NCBI GenBank assembly: GCA_964016885.1
Contig: OZ024740.1
Span: 143,096,001 to 143,160,000 of the forward strand
Source of the DNA: Eledone cirrhosa
Lineage: Eukaryota
Length of the DNA stretch: 64,000 bases
Reading direction: 5' to 3'
Positions 1 through 10,762 of this stretch are shown piece after piece. Both the position numbers and the translations under genes were made by a program. How positions within the stretch are numbered: position 1 is the stretch's first letter; each line of letters starts with the position of its first letter. The notes under the pieces were generated by a model, which saw nothing but the letters and a program-made list of their open reading frames with translations, was not told the DNA's origin and ran no database searches.

Positions 1-272
1 TCACCTCTCTGCACGACTATCTGTCTGCACGCCTATATCACCTCTCTGCACGACTATCTGTCTGCACGCGTATATCACCTCTCTGCACGACTATCTGTCT
101 GCACGCGTATATCACCTCTCTGCACGACTATCTGTCTGCACGCCTATATCACCTCTCTGCACGACTGTCTGTCTGCACGCCTATATCACCTCTCTGCACG
201 ACTGTCTGTCTGCACGCCTATATCACCTCTCTGCACGACTATCTGTCTGCACGACTGTCTGTCTGCACGCCT
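1..272. repeat. 37-bp minisatellite (TCACCTCTCTGCACGACTATCTGTCTGCACGCCTATA), about 7 copies, cut by the window edge
   Basis: Unit starts at 1, 38, 75, 112 and so on. Confidence 0.95.
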
Positions 273-865
273 AACGACGAAATATTTGCTTGTTTTACGT
301 AGTCTTTAAATAGACTTGTTTTCAAGTAAAAATATTGTTTTAAAATGCTTTTAAATGGAAATGAAGCAAAACGGGGTCGCTCAGTAGCTGTGTTAAAGTT
401 ACAATGTTAAGTTTCTTTTTTGGCTTAAAAACTGTAGTGTCTACTGTGCAGACTTGCATGTGGTGTTTTTGATTAATATTCCCTCAACCAACAATATGCC
501 TTATGAAGTTAAGAAAACATAACGATAACCCGAATGTTATAACAAAAGAGGATGCTGGGGATAAAAACTGCACTGGTTATTTATTAACAAAGACTGAGAA
601 AGCCAGCGTAATTTTTTACGTAAGACGCTCAATGTAAACAGAACAAAGGGAAATAACTGATAACTTACGCTCAAAAATCGATACATTATATTCGATTTCG
701 TCACATAGGGTGGGTCAATTTGAAATTTTTTTTTTCCCGATGTCTTCGCTAGGGCTCAATGTACAAGTATAGCAATTTCGGTGCAATTCCGTGAGAGATT
801 CTAAGAGGAGATGTGTGCCAAAAATCGATAGACAGACAGACAACCACAGTTCTATATATATAGAT
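273..865 (-). mobile_element. Putative non-autonomous Helitron-like element, 5' end at about 864
   Basis: Minus strand begins A|TCTATATATATAGAACTGTGGTTGTCTGTCTGTCT, resembling 5' TC plus (GTCT)n ends of Lep1/HINE-type elements. It may include the 37-bp satellite. Confidence 0.5.
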
Positions 866-1498
866 TAACATTTTCACCCTTCTTATACATATCCAACTAG
901 TTTTTTACTACCACATATTTCTGGCTACGTATACTCTGTATATGAGTGTGTGTGTGTATACCAGTGTATAAGTTAGCCCATATAGTTAGTGTAGCAAATA
1001 TTTCTTTTATTCATTCATCTATTTATTTATATTCATTCCACACACTACTCACAACCCCTAATCACTTTTTTTCCAGTAAAAAATAACCCTTTAAGAATAT
1101 AGATAGTTTACATACTAAACAGACCACAGAAAATATTAGACCCTCCACATACCAAAGCTTCATCCTTAATTTACTGTTGTTTATTTTCTTTTATTACTCT
1201 TTGACAAACCTGTGACCAATGGAACCCCCCCCCCTCCTTCCTTAGTACCACACTACATATACACCATAATGTCTATGAAACAGCCAAAACAATACAACTC
1301 CGCAACTCACAACAACCATCGCTCCGCACCACCACCACCTCTTCATTATAATCCTTCCCTCCACCTATCACACACACCAAAACATTCCTTATAGTAAAAC
1401 CACCAATCAAAATAAACATTAATTGACCACCATAAATGAATGTAAATCACTATAGACCTTTCTAAGCCCTACAGGTTCATTCTGTCATTTCCACAGCA

Positions 1499-1590
1499 GT
1501 GGTCCAATGAACTTTTGATTCCAGAATCAGGCCAGATCGATACAGATCAAACTTTGAGCTGATCAATAGCGAAACACGTGTCACTACTCA
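1499..1590 (+). ncRNA. Degenerate type I hammerhead ribozyme (Penelope-type 3' end)
   Basis: GTGGT-CCAATGA (mutated CUGAUGA)...GAAACACGTGTC-ACTAC, palindromic stem III, followed by AATAAA. Confidence 0.45.
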
Positions 1591-1647
1591 ATAAACGTAA
1601 TGAAGACATAACAAATCATCCTTTTTATTATTATTATTATAATTATT

Positions 1648-1842
1648 GGGGCGGTGGATTGGCAGTATCGGTAGAGGGTCGGACGCCATGCTTTGACGTA
1701 TAGAGTTACGGCCCTTGCCATTCTGAGTTCAAATCCCGCCGAGGTTAACTTTGCCTTTCATCCTTACAGGGTCAATAAAATAAAGTACCAGTAATGCACT
1801 GGGTAATTGCTGGCCTTGTGCCAAAAGTAGAAACAATTATTA
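1648..1842 (+). mobile_element. tRNA-derived SINE family A. Other copies: 10897-11086(-), 11131-11236, 18108-18215, 23656-23835, 24400-24590(-), 31990-32255(-), 34468-34638(-), 39705-39822, 40110-40300, 41460-41650, 50508-50695
   Basis: A-box TGGCAGTATCGG, B-box GAGTTCAAATCCC, conserved GCCTTTCATCCTTACGGGGTCGATAAAATAAAGTACCAG core (MetaSINE-like), ATT tail. TSDs of about 12-18 bp, e.g. GACAATCTTATATATAAT around 34468-34638. Confidence 0.9.
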
Positions 1843-1897
1843 TAATTATTATAAAGAAAGAAGGAAACCATTATTATTATACACACACACACACATA

Positions 1898-1938
<41 letters not shown>

Positions 1939-2199
1939 TATATATATATAAACAATGAGTTAAAGACTTAGTTGATATGTAATCAACTGACTTATGTGTA
2001 TAACAGAAACAAAGCACTCAGCAGTCATATTTATTTCATTATACATATTTCAGGGATACCATATTAAAAATATGGCATGCCTTCGTCAGATAAAATACAA
2101 TATATAAACAGTTTTATAAATAATTTTGACGTACCATATTATAAGCGACCATTAATAATATGGTACGTCAAAATTATTTATAAAACTGTTTATATATTG

Positions 2200-2265
2200 T
2201 ATTTTATCTGACGAAGGCATGCCATATTTTTAATATGGTATCCCTGAAATATGTATAATGAAATA
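2200..2265 (+). ncRNA. Type I hammerhead ribozyme (inverted twin at 2032-2097 minus; third family copy at 11316-11381 minus)
   Basis: Stem I TATTTTAT/ATGAAATA; core CTGACGA at 2208-2214; stem II AGGCATGCCATAT/ATATGGTATCCCT; GAAA at 2246-2249; short stem III; predicted AUA cleavage after 2257. Confidence 0.75.
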
Positions 2266-2393
2266 AATATGGTTTTATAAATATAGTTTCCATTTGTTTA
2301 ATATCGTATATATACTCCAAAAACTTGCCGAGTGCTTTATATCAGTTATAAAATATTTACTTGTTGTAACCCAGCAATTTTAAATAAAACCTT

Positions 2394-2438
<45 letters not shown>

Positions 2439-2514
2439 CAAAGGAAGTGTGGTAAGGAACCAGGTGGACCATAATGCACCAGAGTACTCAATACTTAGGG
2501 TAGTAGAGTGGGTA

Positions 2515-2635
2515 ATAGGAAAATGTTCAAGACCTCGACGGCAGAGCTCAAGTTGTTTCGATTACTATTTCTGGTCCAGAAATAGCCATCGAAACGGCTT
2601 GAGCTCTGCCATCGGGGTCTTGAACATTTTCCTAT
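2515..2635. repeat. 121-bp near-perfect hairpin between (TA)n tracts
   Basis: ATAGGAAAATGTTCAAGACC...CTGG-T-CCAG...GGTCTTGAACATTTTCCTAT, centred at 2575. Confidence 0.9.
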
Positions 2636-3045
2636 ATATATATATATATACACACATACAAAACATTTTGCATTCTCTCACCCCTTCGCTATAAAAATCA
2701 TCTTTCCCACTAATAGCTAGGCCATATGTATAACTATATATTCTTATATAATTTTAGCTATATACAAATTTCTCGATCTGTTTGAGAAAAGACATTACTA
2801 ATTTCTCTTAATGCAGAGTTATTTCCCTTGCACTAGACTTTATTATTTTTTAAATAGAAGTTTGTAACATCTACCCATTAGATTTAATCATGATTAATAA
2901 TTTGTTTTTTTTTATTTTTCAAGCTGATAATGAAAAGTTTGTGCATTTTGTTGACAAAGACTACGAAACTAATATTTCCTTGAAAATCCAACTAACACAA
3001 CGTGTACCATAAATCGATATATATATACATACACATACATATATA

Positions 3046-4138
3046 CCAGATAGAAAAATGCGTACAGCAAAAAAAAGTAATATTGTTGGAATATAAACCT
3101 TTAAAAATACAGGACAAGAAACTAAAATAAAACTTTAAAAGAATAGGACAAGGAACTAAGATAGAACTTTAAAAGAATAGGACAAGAAACTAAGATAAAA
3201 CTTTAAAGAATTGGACAAGAAATAAAAAAGTTTACAATAATATTAGTGGCAAAATGTTATTGGTAAAAAATCGAGTTCCACATTCATAGGCTCTGGGTTC
3301 CACATTCAGAGGTCGTCGTCAGACCGGGGGGATCACTTGATCCTGGTTTGAACACCAATTGGGCCATAACCATACCCCTATTTCATCATTCGGCGACACG
3401 CCTCATGTGTCATGCATAATGTGAATGGACCCATGGGCCCATGAGCACAGATCTTGAGCAGCAGCGGACGGTCTTGTCGTCCCGCTCATCCTTGATCTTG
3501 ACCAACCCGTCCATCTTCTCCTTGCATCTTGTCCTTGAGTTCAAGTCCGGCAGTCCAGATGAATGCGTGCCACAGCTTTCTGGTACAGGAAGGGGGAGCA
3601 GGAGGACTGGAGGGATGACGGGACAGAGGGAGGGAGGACCGGTGGTTGAGGGAGGTGCCGTAGTCGGTGGTCAGAGTCGACATCTTGTCCCGGTCGTCTT
3701 CTCCATCTTCGTCTGGTGTTGCGGGACCAGAAGTGCATTCTTGGAGGAGACCTGCAGCTGCATCGGCCAATTCTTCTTGCAATGGTCATTCTGACGGAGC
3801 AGAACTGCTCAGCCAACCAATCCCAACCAGAACCAACCGCTCAGGGGCAATGCACAATGAGAGCATGACAATTATTATGCACTAATCAAGAAGATACTGG
3901 GGCATAGCACAGGAAACGAATAAAAAAATTTTGCCACTAATATTATTGTAAAATATTTTATTTCTTGTCCAATTCTTTAAAGTTTTATCTTAGTTTCTTG
4001 TCCTATTCTTTTAAAGTTTTATCTTAGTTCCTTGTCCTATTCTTTTAAAGTTTTATTTTAGTTTCTTGTCCTGTATTTTTAAAGGTTTATATTCCAACAA
4101 TATTACTTTTTTTTGCTGTACGCATTTTTCTATCTGGT
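3046..4138. mobile_element. Fold-back-like element: about 220-bp inverted arms with 33-bp subrepeats around a GC-rich core of about 650 bp
   Basis: 3046-~3265 is the near-perfect reverse complement of ~3925-4138. Subrepeat AGGACAAGAAACTAAGATAAAACTTTAAAAGAAT occurs about 4 times per arm. Confidence 0.7.
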
Positions 4139-4410
4139 CTACTATTTTTTAAGGCAATGCAAGCAACAACTATCTAATAATTAAATGATCATAGTGAATT
4201 ACTGACAAGTGATTGACATTTTAAAGTTCTTTTGAGTATAATTGCAATCTAGTTGAGGCAACTGGCTTAATGACAAAGCTAGTAAATCATGAATGCATTT
4301 GAGATGATTAGTGCATAATAGTGAATTGGTGAAACTTGTGCATTTCAATGGTGTTACAACAATAGATGTAAGTTATATAGTAGTAATACTTTATCATTTT
4401 AACTTTTTAG

Positions 4411-4759
4411 AATGGACAAAAACCCATGCAAAGAAATGACTTTGACTGCAGTGATTCTCTCCAATTTACTTACAAAGCAAAACGTGGTCAAATACCTTAT
4501 CATCTCTGATAAAATGCCCATTGAATCACTGAAAATCGGATGCATGGAATTCCTCATAAAATGCACCTATGAATCGGAAGCCATCACATATATCAATGGA
4601 TATAGGGAGTTGTTCACACTGGAAGACCATCACTTCATCAGTTATCTCCACGCTTATCTCAGACACCCAATGCCATTGATGAGAGGTGATCCAATGTGTG
4701 AGCATGTAACTAATCTTATAGAAGTTGTTATCGACCACCTGGCTTTTAGTGACATTTGA
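4411..4759 (+). CDS. Exon encoding a SPOP/BTB-type BACK-like helical region (terminal exon or captured fragment)
   Basis: TTTTAACTTTTTAG acceptor just upstream. LTKQNVVKYLIISDKMPIESLKIGCMEFLIK...ITYINGYRELF resembles the BACK consensus L.veNv..ll..Ad......LK..C..Fi. Confidence 0.55.
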
Positions 4760-4939
4760 CTGATTTGACTGATAATGATGTATTTTTAAAAAGTATGTGT
4801 ACATTCTTGTTACTATTTTAAGGCAATGCAAGCAACAACTATTTAATAAAATTTAAATTTAAAAATGACCATTGTGCATTACTAGTATGATGACATTTTA
4901 TTAAGTCACAAAATTATTCAGTCAGCCATAGAACAAGGA

Positions 4940-5620
4940 TCAGGTGGCAAAAACATTGGCAAAAATTTTTGTCAATTTAAGATTTCCAACATTGTTCAAA
5001 TGAATCATATCTGGTTTGAAGTCAGATTTGTCAAATTTTGACCAATTTTCAATGTTGTGAAGATTGGGCAAGTTCAATTTTTGAATCATTTCTTTCATGC
5101 AGTAATTAAACTTTTCCAAACGAGAATTTCTCTTGCCCAAGTCATTTTTATTTTCAATTACACTTTGTGGACGTGGAATGACACCACTGTAGAAAATGGG
5201 TGTACAGTGGTGCTTTTCCGCTATTTTCTGTAGCCTTGCAAAGAGACTCTTCCCCTGTTTTTCCGGTTTTGTGCCTCGAATGGACACTTTGTCCTTAATT
5301 TACAAATAAATGATTAATAAAAAATACTTGGGCAAAAATTATTGTATTATTTTGCACAGCTTTGTAGTGCCAACGGTGCGACGAGGATTCAGATCATTAG
5401 AGCCGACATGAACCACCAATACTTTCACAAAAGGACAACAGATAACAATGTTGGCGATTAACATTACCTGGCCCTGATGGGCCCCAGGTATACAAAATAT
5501 CTAAGTATTTTTGTTGGTATGATAAGTAAATACATTTGAATTAATATTTTTATACCTTCTGGTCATTCGATTTCGCCACATTTCTAATTATGGATTTGTA
5601 AAAACTGGCATGAATGTGAA
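4940..5620 (-). pseudogene. Intron-containing SGNH/GDSL esterase of the LINE-ORF1 esterase type; block I damaged
   Basis: Blocks: (GD)SIIRNV (degenerate) | 55-nt GT-AG intron 5555-5501 | IFCIPGA...VVHVGSND | probable 81-nt intron 5374-5294 | ...YSGVIPR...DMIHLNNVG (DxxH). Confidence 0.7.
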
Positions 5621-6307
5621 TTTGATCAGTCCAATTGCCCGATTTTAGTGAAAAGTTTTGATTCGAAATGGAAATACTCCATTTCCGTGCCATGGAAAAA
5701 ATGAATAAGCCGATCAAAAAGCCGCGAAACATCATTTTTAATTAAGCGAAATTAGTGGATGCAAATCTCAGAAAATATTGTACACTATTCGCACCTATCG
5801 CACTATTCGCACCGATCGGTACAAAAATATAGCGCACTATTCGCACCTATCGGTACAAAAAATCGCACGACTGTTAATAATACTAGAAGTGTAAACTATC
5901 TGTTGAATACCTGGTATATGAAGAGCAACCGATACGATCGGTCGGCGATCGGTCTTGAAGAAGAATGAAGAATGAAGTGAAATTTTGGTCTGGTTGTTGT
6001 CATCGGTGTTTCGCAGAGATGCCGGCACGAACAAAGGTGTCAGTGACACAAAGTTGTCCGCTTGAACAAAGGTGTCGGTCCGACAAAGGTGTCAGTCAGA
6101 CAGACAGTCAGACAGTGTCACAGTCGGTGCGACAAAGCGATCGATGCGATTAAAAAAAATTTAACTCACATGTTTACCTATATTTTCGCAAACTATTGAT
6201 AGATTGGTACAAAAAATAGCTTTGATAATAAACATAAATTTTTAACGAAGTATTTAAAAAGCATTTTAGCAGTGAAAAGTGAAGTAATGTTTCACACTGA
6301 CGCAAGT

Positions 6308-6434
6308 AGGGCCGTTCAGAAATGACGTAGTCAATTAGGAGGAGGGGATTCGGCGATTTGACTACATTTGACTAACGTAATCACAATCACAAGAGTTCCG
6401 CCGAAAAAAATTCGTCATTTCTGGATTACCTCCC
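6308..6434. mobile_element. Small MITE with PIF/Harbinger-like terminal inverted repeats
   Basis: GGGCCGTTCAGAAATGACG...CGTCATTTCTGGATTACC, plus internal GTAGTCAA/TTGACTAC inverted motif. Confidence 0.5.
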
Positions 6435-6751
6435 CAGGCGTCACGCTTACTACTCACTCACTTGAACACAAGATTTATCAGCAAACTTTGATTATAAACT
6501 TTTTCCCGCTGGACCAAATTTCTAGATTTTTAAGCCAAAAGATGCGTAATGATCTACTGTTCATGCTCATATAAGTTTTATCTCAGTTAAATAAAGTAGA
6601 GCCGCGCTGTACTGTCGTAAACAGACGATTGCCAACGAAAACACGACACAACAATATTACTAAACGGACTACCGTCCGTTTAGGATTCAAACATCCAGCT
6701 TTTTAACGTTTCACCAACTGTTTTTGAAGCTAAAAGCATGTAGTTTTTTTT

Positions 6752-6818
6752 TATTATATACCTCATGAGGTCATAATTGTTACATAACAGTTATCATCGA
6801 AATGTGTATAACAAATAA
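6752..6818 (+). ncRNA. Degenerate hammerhead ribozyme
   Basis: CTCATGA (G5C variant), 13-bp stem II GGTCATAATTGTT/AACAGTTATCATC, then GAAATGTGTATA. Confidence 0.45.
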
Positions 6819-6939
6819 GGTAAATTCTAATTATACTTCATTATCATACTTACTCCAAAGTTTGCAGACCTACTTATATACTTTGTCGAATGCTCTATCC
6901 TACGCACATTAGTGTTGGTTGTTTAACTAACATATATTA

Positions 6940-6993
<54 letters not shown>

Positions 6994-7083
6994 ATGTATG
7001 TAAAAGGTAAACAGACATAACAACACAATCGGTACAGTATATGGAAGGGATATATTTGGTTAATGCTTGATAACATATACATT

Positions 7084-7117
<34 letters not shown>

Positions 7118-7118
<1 letters not shown>

Positions 7119-7835
7119 GTGGTGGAACACTGGAAGGTAATATCCGTAGTGGCAGAGCACACAGTCCATGGGACGAGTTAGGTAGAAGTGGTTACACAAC
7201 AGTTAGTTCACCATACCGAGAACAATTGTTTCACGTTAGCTGATCCTCAGCTCGGAATGGGCATGGTTATAGGAACATGAAGGACAACCGTATGAACGCG
7301 CATGCGCAGAAACCCGGTCACTTCACACAGGCAATTCTAGACTGCGTGCGAAAGTCCGAAAAGTTTTTAGGTTGAAAATAAAATTACAAAGAATCAGTCC
7401 GGAGCCTTGTACTTGATGCCATAGGTGTTTGGCGACGTGTGGACAACGTGTAGAAAATTCATTTCTCGTGTTTAGGCAATCACTATTGCGTAATCTCTTT
7501 AGACTAGTTATTCGTTCGTCAATACATAAGCCACACGTCAGATTTCCCCTTGCGTATGGCTTGGACTTAGTAATGGCTTTCCATTGAATGGAGTAGTCTA
7601 TATTTGAGTCCTTGAGGGACCATACGTGGTTCGCGAGTTTCGTGGATGAACGTCTATCCGGGTACCTGAAGGTAGACTGGTGGTTCAGGAAACGTTCCTT
7701 AAATCGGCCCTCCGCCATGCCCACATAGGATTTGACCTCCTATTGTTCGTTTGGTCGGTTGGAAGTGACCACAGCTTCATAAATTACAGCTGGTGTGTTG
7801 CATTGCTGTTGAAGGGGGCAAGCTTCAGGCTTGCA
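7118..7835 (-). mobile_element. Penelope-like element 3' fragment (GIY-YIG endonuclease C-terminus plus pLTR with hammerhead at 7216-7255)
   Basis: YVGMAEGRFKERFLNH...KLANHVW...CGLCIDE...LNTRNEF...CPH; ends at (TA)n. Confidence 0.9.
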
Positions 7836-8049
7836 GCAAGAACACACTGTAAATGTGGTTGGTGTTAGGAAGGGCATCCAGCCATAGAACCTGCCAGATA
7901 GTCCTATACGAGCAAGACACAGTCACCCGACCAATCTTGCCTTGTGGGACAATTCCCCTCTAACACATGCTAGCGTGGAAGATAGGCGTTAAACGATGAT
8001 GATGATGATAATATATATACATAAGCATATGATCTTAAAGTGTTGTTAA

Positions 8050-8590
8050 GCTTCTTCTTCTTCGCCCACTTATTCTTCCAGTGGGTTGTGTACAATCAAA
8101 CATCTCCAACTGATCCAGCTGGATCCCCAAGTGAGACCAGTCAAGCTTATGGATCTCCTGCTGGTTGGTTTTGCCCTAAAAATCCGTCCACTGATTCTTT
8201 CTGAGATTTTCCAACCACATGCCCATAGTCCTGGAGCTGTGATCTCTCAATTCAGAGAAGTCGCAGCTCTACTTGGAATGATCTGATCTCCGAGCTACGC
8301 ACTCTATCAAACAACATTACTCCAAAGACCCTTCGGAATAACCCCATTTCACGATCATATTCTTTCAGTTATTACCCAATATTCATAAACATAGAGAAGG
8401 GTTGGCACAAATACCGAATTGAAGATAGCGAGTTTGGCTTTTACACCTATGTAATCTTCTGATTATAGAATGGTGAAGCTGGCACATTACTGCACCAGCT
8501 CTTACAATTCTTGTACTTAATCCATCTGCTTGCCTTCCATCATTCATGAATACAGTCCCGAGATACTTGAACTTTTGCACCTGCTTCAGT
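8050..8590 (-). mobile_element. RTE-clade LINE 3' fragment, (GAA)n-tailed family; second copy at 33690-34313(+)
   Basis: VQKFKYLG..., [16 protein letters not shown]...[13 protein letters not shown]; GAAGAAGAAG tail. Confidence 0.8.
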
Positions 8591-8680
8591 GGAACTCCTT
8601 TTTCTTTTTCTCGCTCGCCGATGGTTGGTTGTATATGCTATACATATTTATATTTGTTTTATACTATAATAAAGATTATT

Positions 8681-8728
<48 letters not shown>

Positions 8729-8729
<1 letters not shown>

Positions 8730-9864
8730 TGGTTACACAATAGTTAGTTCACCATACCGAGAACAATTGTTTCACCTTAGCGGATCCTCAGCTCGTAATG
8801 GACATGATTATACGGAACAGGAAGGACAACCGTACGAATGCACATGTGCAGAAACGATCACTTCACACAGGCAATACTAAATTGCGTGCGAGAAGTGTAA
8901 GGGAGATAACTGCGAAAGTCCGAAAGTTTCTAGTTGATAAGAAAATTAGGATGTTGTAGTTCAATCCGGAGCTTTGTAGTTGTGTAAGAGGTGTTTCCAG
9001 ACGTGTGGACAACGCGTGAAGAATTAATTTCTCGTGTTTAGGCAATCACTATTGCGTAATCTCTTTAGAATATTTATTCGTTCATCAATACATAGAGCAA
9101 CATCCCAGCAGGGTGCTCTTGCCGTAAGCCCGAAGCTTATCCCCTTCAACAGCAATGCAACACACCCGCTGTAGTTTATGAAGCTGTGGTGACTTCCAAC
9201 CGACCAAATCAACCACAGGAGGTCAAATCCTATGTGGGTATGGCGGAGGGCCGATTTAAGGAACGCTTCCTGAACCACCAGTCGATCTTTAGGTACCCGG
9301 ACACACGTTCATCCACGAAACTCGCGAGCCACGTATGGTCCCTCAAGGACTCAAGTATAGACTACTCCATTCAATGGAAAGCCATCACTAAGTCCAAGCC
9401 ATACGCAAGGGGCAATCCGTCGTGTGGACTATGTATTGATGAACGAATAAATATTCTAAAGAGATTACGCAATAGTGATTGCCTAAACACGAGAAATGAA
9501 TTTTCTACACGTTGTCCACACGTCTGAAAACACCTCTTACATAACTACAAAGCTCTGGATTGAATTACAACATCCTGATTTTCTTATCAACTAGAAACTT
9601 TCGGACTTTCGCAGTTATCTCCCTTACACTTCTCGCACGCAATTTAGTATTGCCTGTGTGAAGTGATCGTTTCTGCGCATGCGCATTCGTACGGTTGTCC
9701 TTCCTCTTCCGTATAACCATGTCCATTACGAGCTGAGGATCCGCTAAGGTGAAACAATTGTTCTCGGTATGGTGAACTAACTGTTGTATAACCACTTCTA
9801 CCTAACTAGTCCCATGGACTGAGTGCTCTACCACTACGGATATTACCTTCCACTGTTCTTCCAC

Positions 9865-9866
<2 letters not shown>
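8729..9866 (+). mobile_element. Penelope-like element with 5' inverted pLTR (8729-9096 inverted; 9100-9866 forward) and two hammerheads (8757-8796 minus, 9728-9767 plus)
   Basis: GIY-YIG ORF 9186-9527. The left part is the reverse complement of the 3' end. Core GAG-CTGAGGA-TCCGCTAAGGT-GAAACAATTGTT-CTCG. Flanked by (TA)n on both sides. Confidence 0.9.
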
Positions 9867-9907
<41 letters not shown>

Positions 9908-9908
<1 letters not shown>

Positions 9909-10450
9909 AGTTAAAACAATGAAATAAAAAATCAAGTCATTAGAGATATACTTCACTGCTTTACGATCGTTTCTAGGTGATGATAATACATTGTAGCTAT
10001 ACTCCGTTATTGATCTTAAACTTCACTATACCAGATACATTCAACTATCAGTTTGACAATCCCTTTCCTCCTAATAGATTTTTATGCCAATTCTACTATT
10101 AACACCCTTCAACCATTCCTTTCAAAGGGTCATGACCTCAACTAAAGTGTATTACTTTTCATCTTAACACCATATGAAAAAAACAATTTGATTGGTTAGT
10201 TCTTCAACTACCTCCAAATATGGACATGATACTAACATACTACTAATTCTGAATAAAATTATTATTGCTTTTGAAAACAGCTGGTGATATGCATGTAAGT
10301 AAATATACTCTTTATCTGATATTTTGTAACTAACCTTACATAGATCAATAACGGAATATAGCTACAATGTATTATCATCACCTAGAAACGATCGTAAAGC
10401 AGTGAAGTATATCTTTAATGACTTGATTTTTTATTTCATTGTTTTAACTT
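9908..10450 (+). mobile_element. Non-coding Penelope/retrozyme-like relic with about 108-bp inverted arms and a degenerate long-stem-II hammerhead
   Basis: 9908-10016 is the reverse complement of 10342-10450. GAAACGATCGTA-AAGCAGT at 10385 pairs with upstream ATTGCTT-TTGAAAA (degenerate CUGAAGA). Confidence 0.55.
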
Positions 10451-10580
10451 ATATCATGACTCTGTTTTCCTTTTAATGTTTTATTGTTTTCCGGGATTTA
10501 TCTTAACATACAACATTTTCAACATATGGATTACATCGAGTTCTTCATGCAGAATAGACCCCACAACTTACTGTGGATAC

Positions 10581-10637
<57 letters not shown>

Positions 10638-10672
10638 TATATATATACACACACACATACATATATATATAT

Positions 10673-10762
<90 letters not shown>

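Noticed and set aside
1-272. CRISPR-like appearance of the 37-bp repeats (also the 48- and 90-bp arrays)
   Set aside because: Units are head-to-tail with no unique spacers, the context is eukaryotic, and there are no cas genes.
3441-3885. Four overlapping short ORFs in the fold-back core as real genes
   Set aside because: No recognisable domain; ORF overlap is expected in GC-rich sequence. Kept only as part of a finding.
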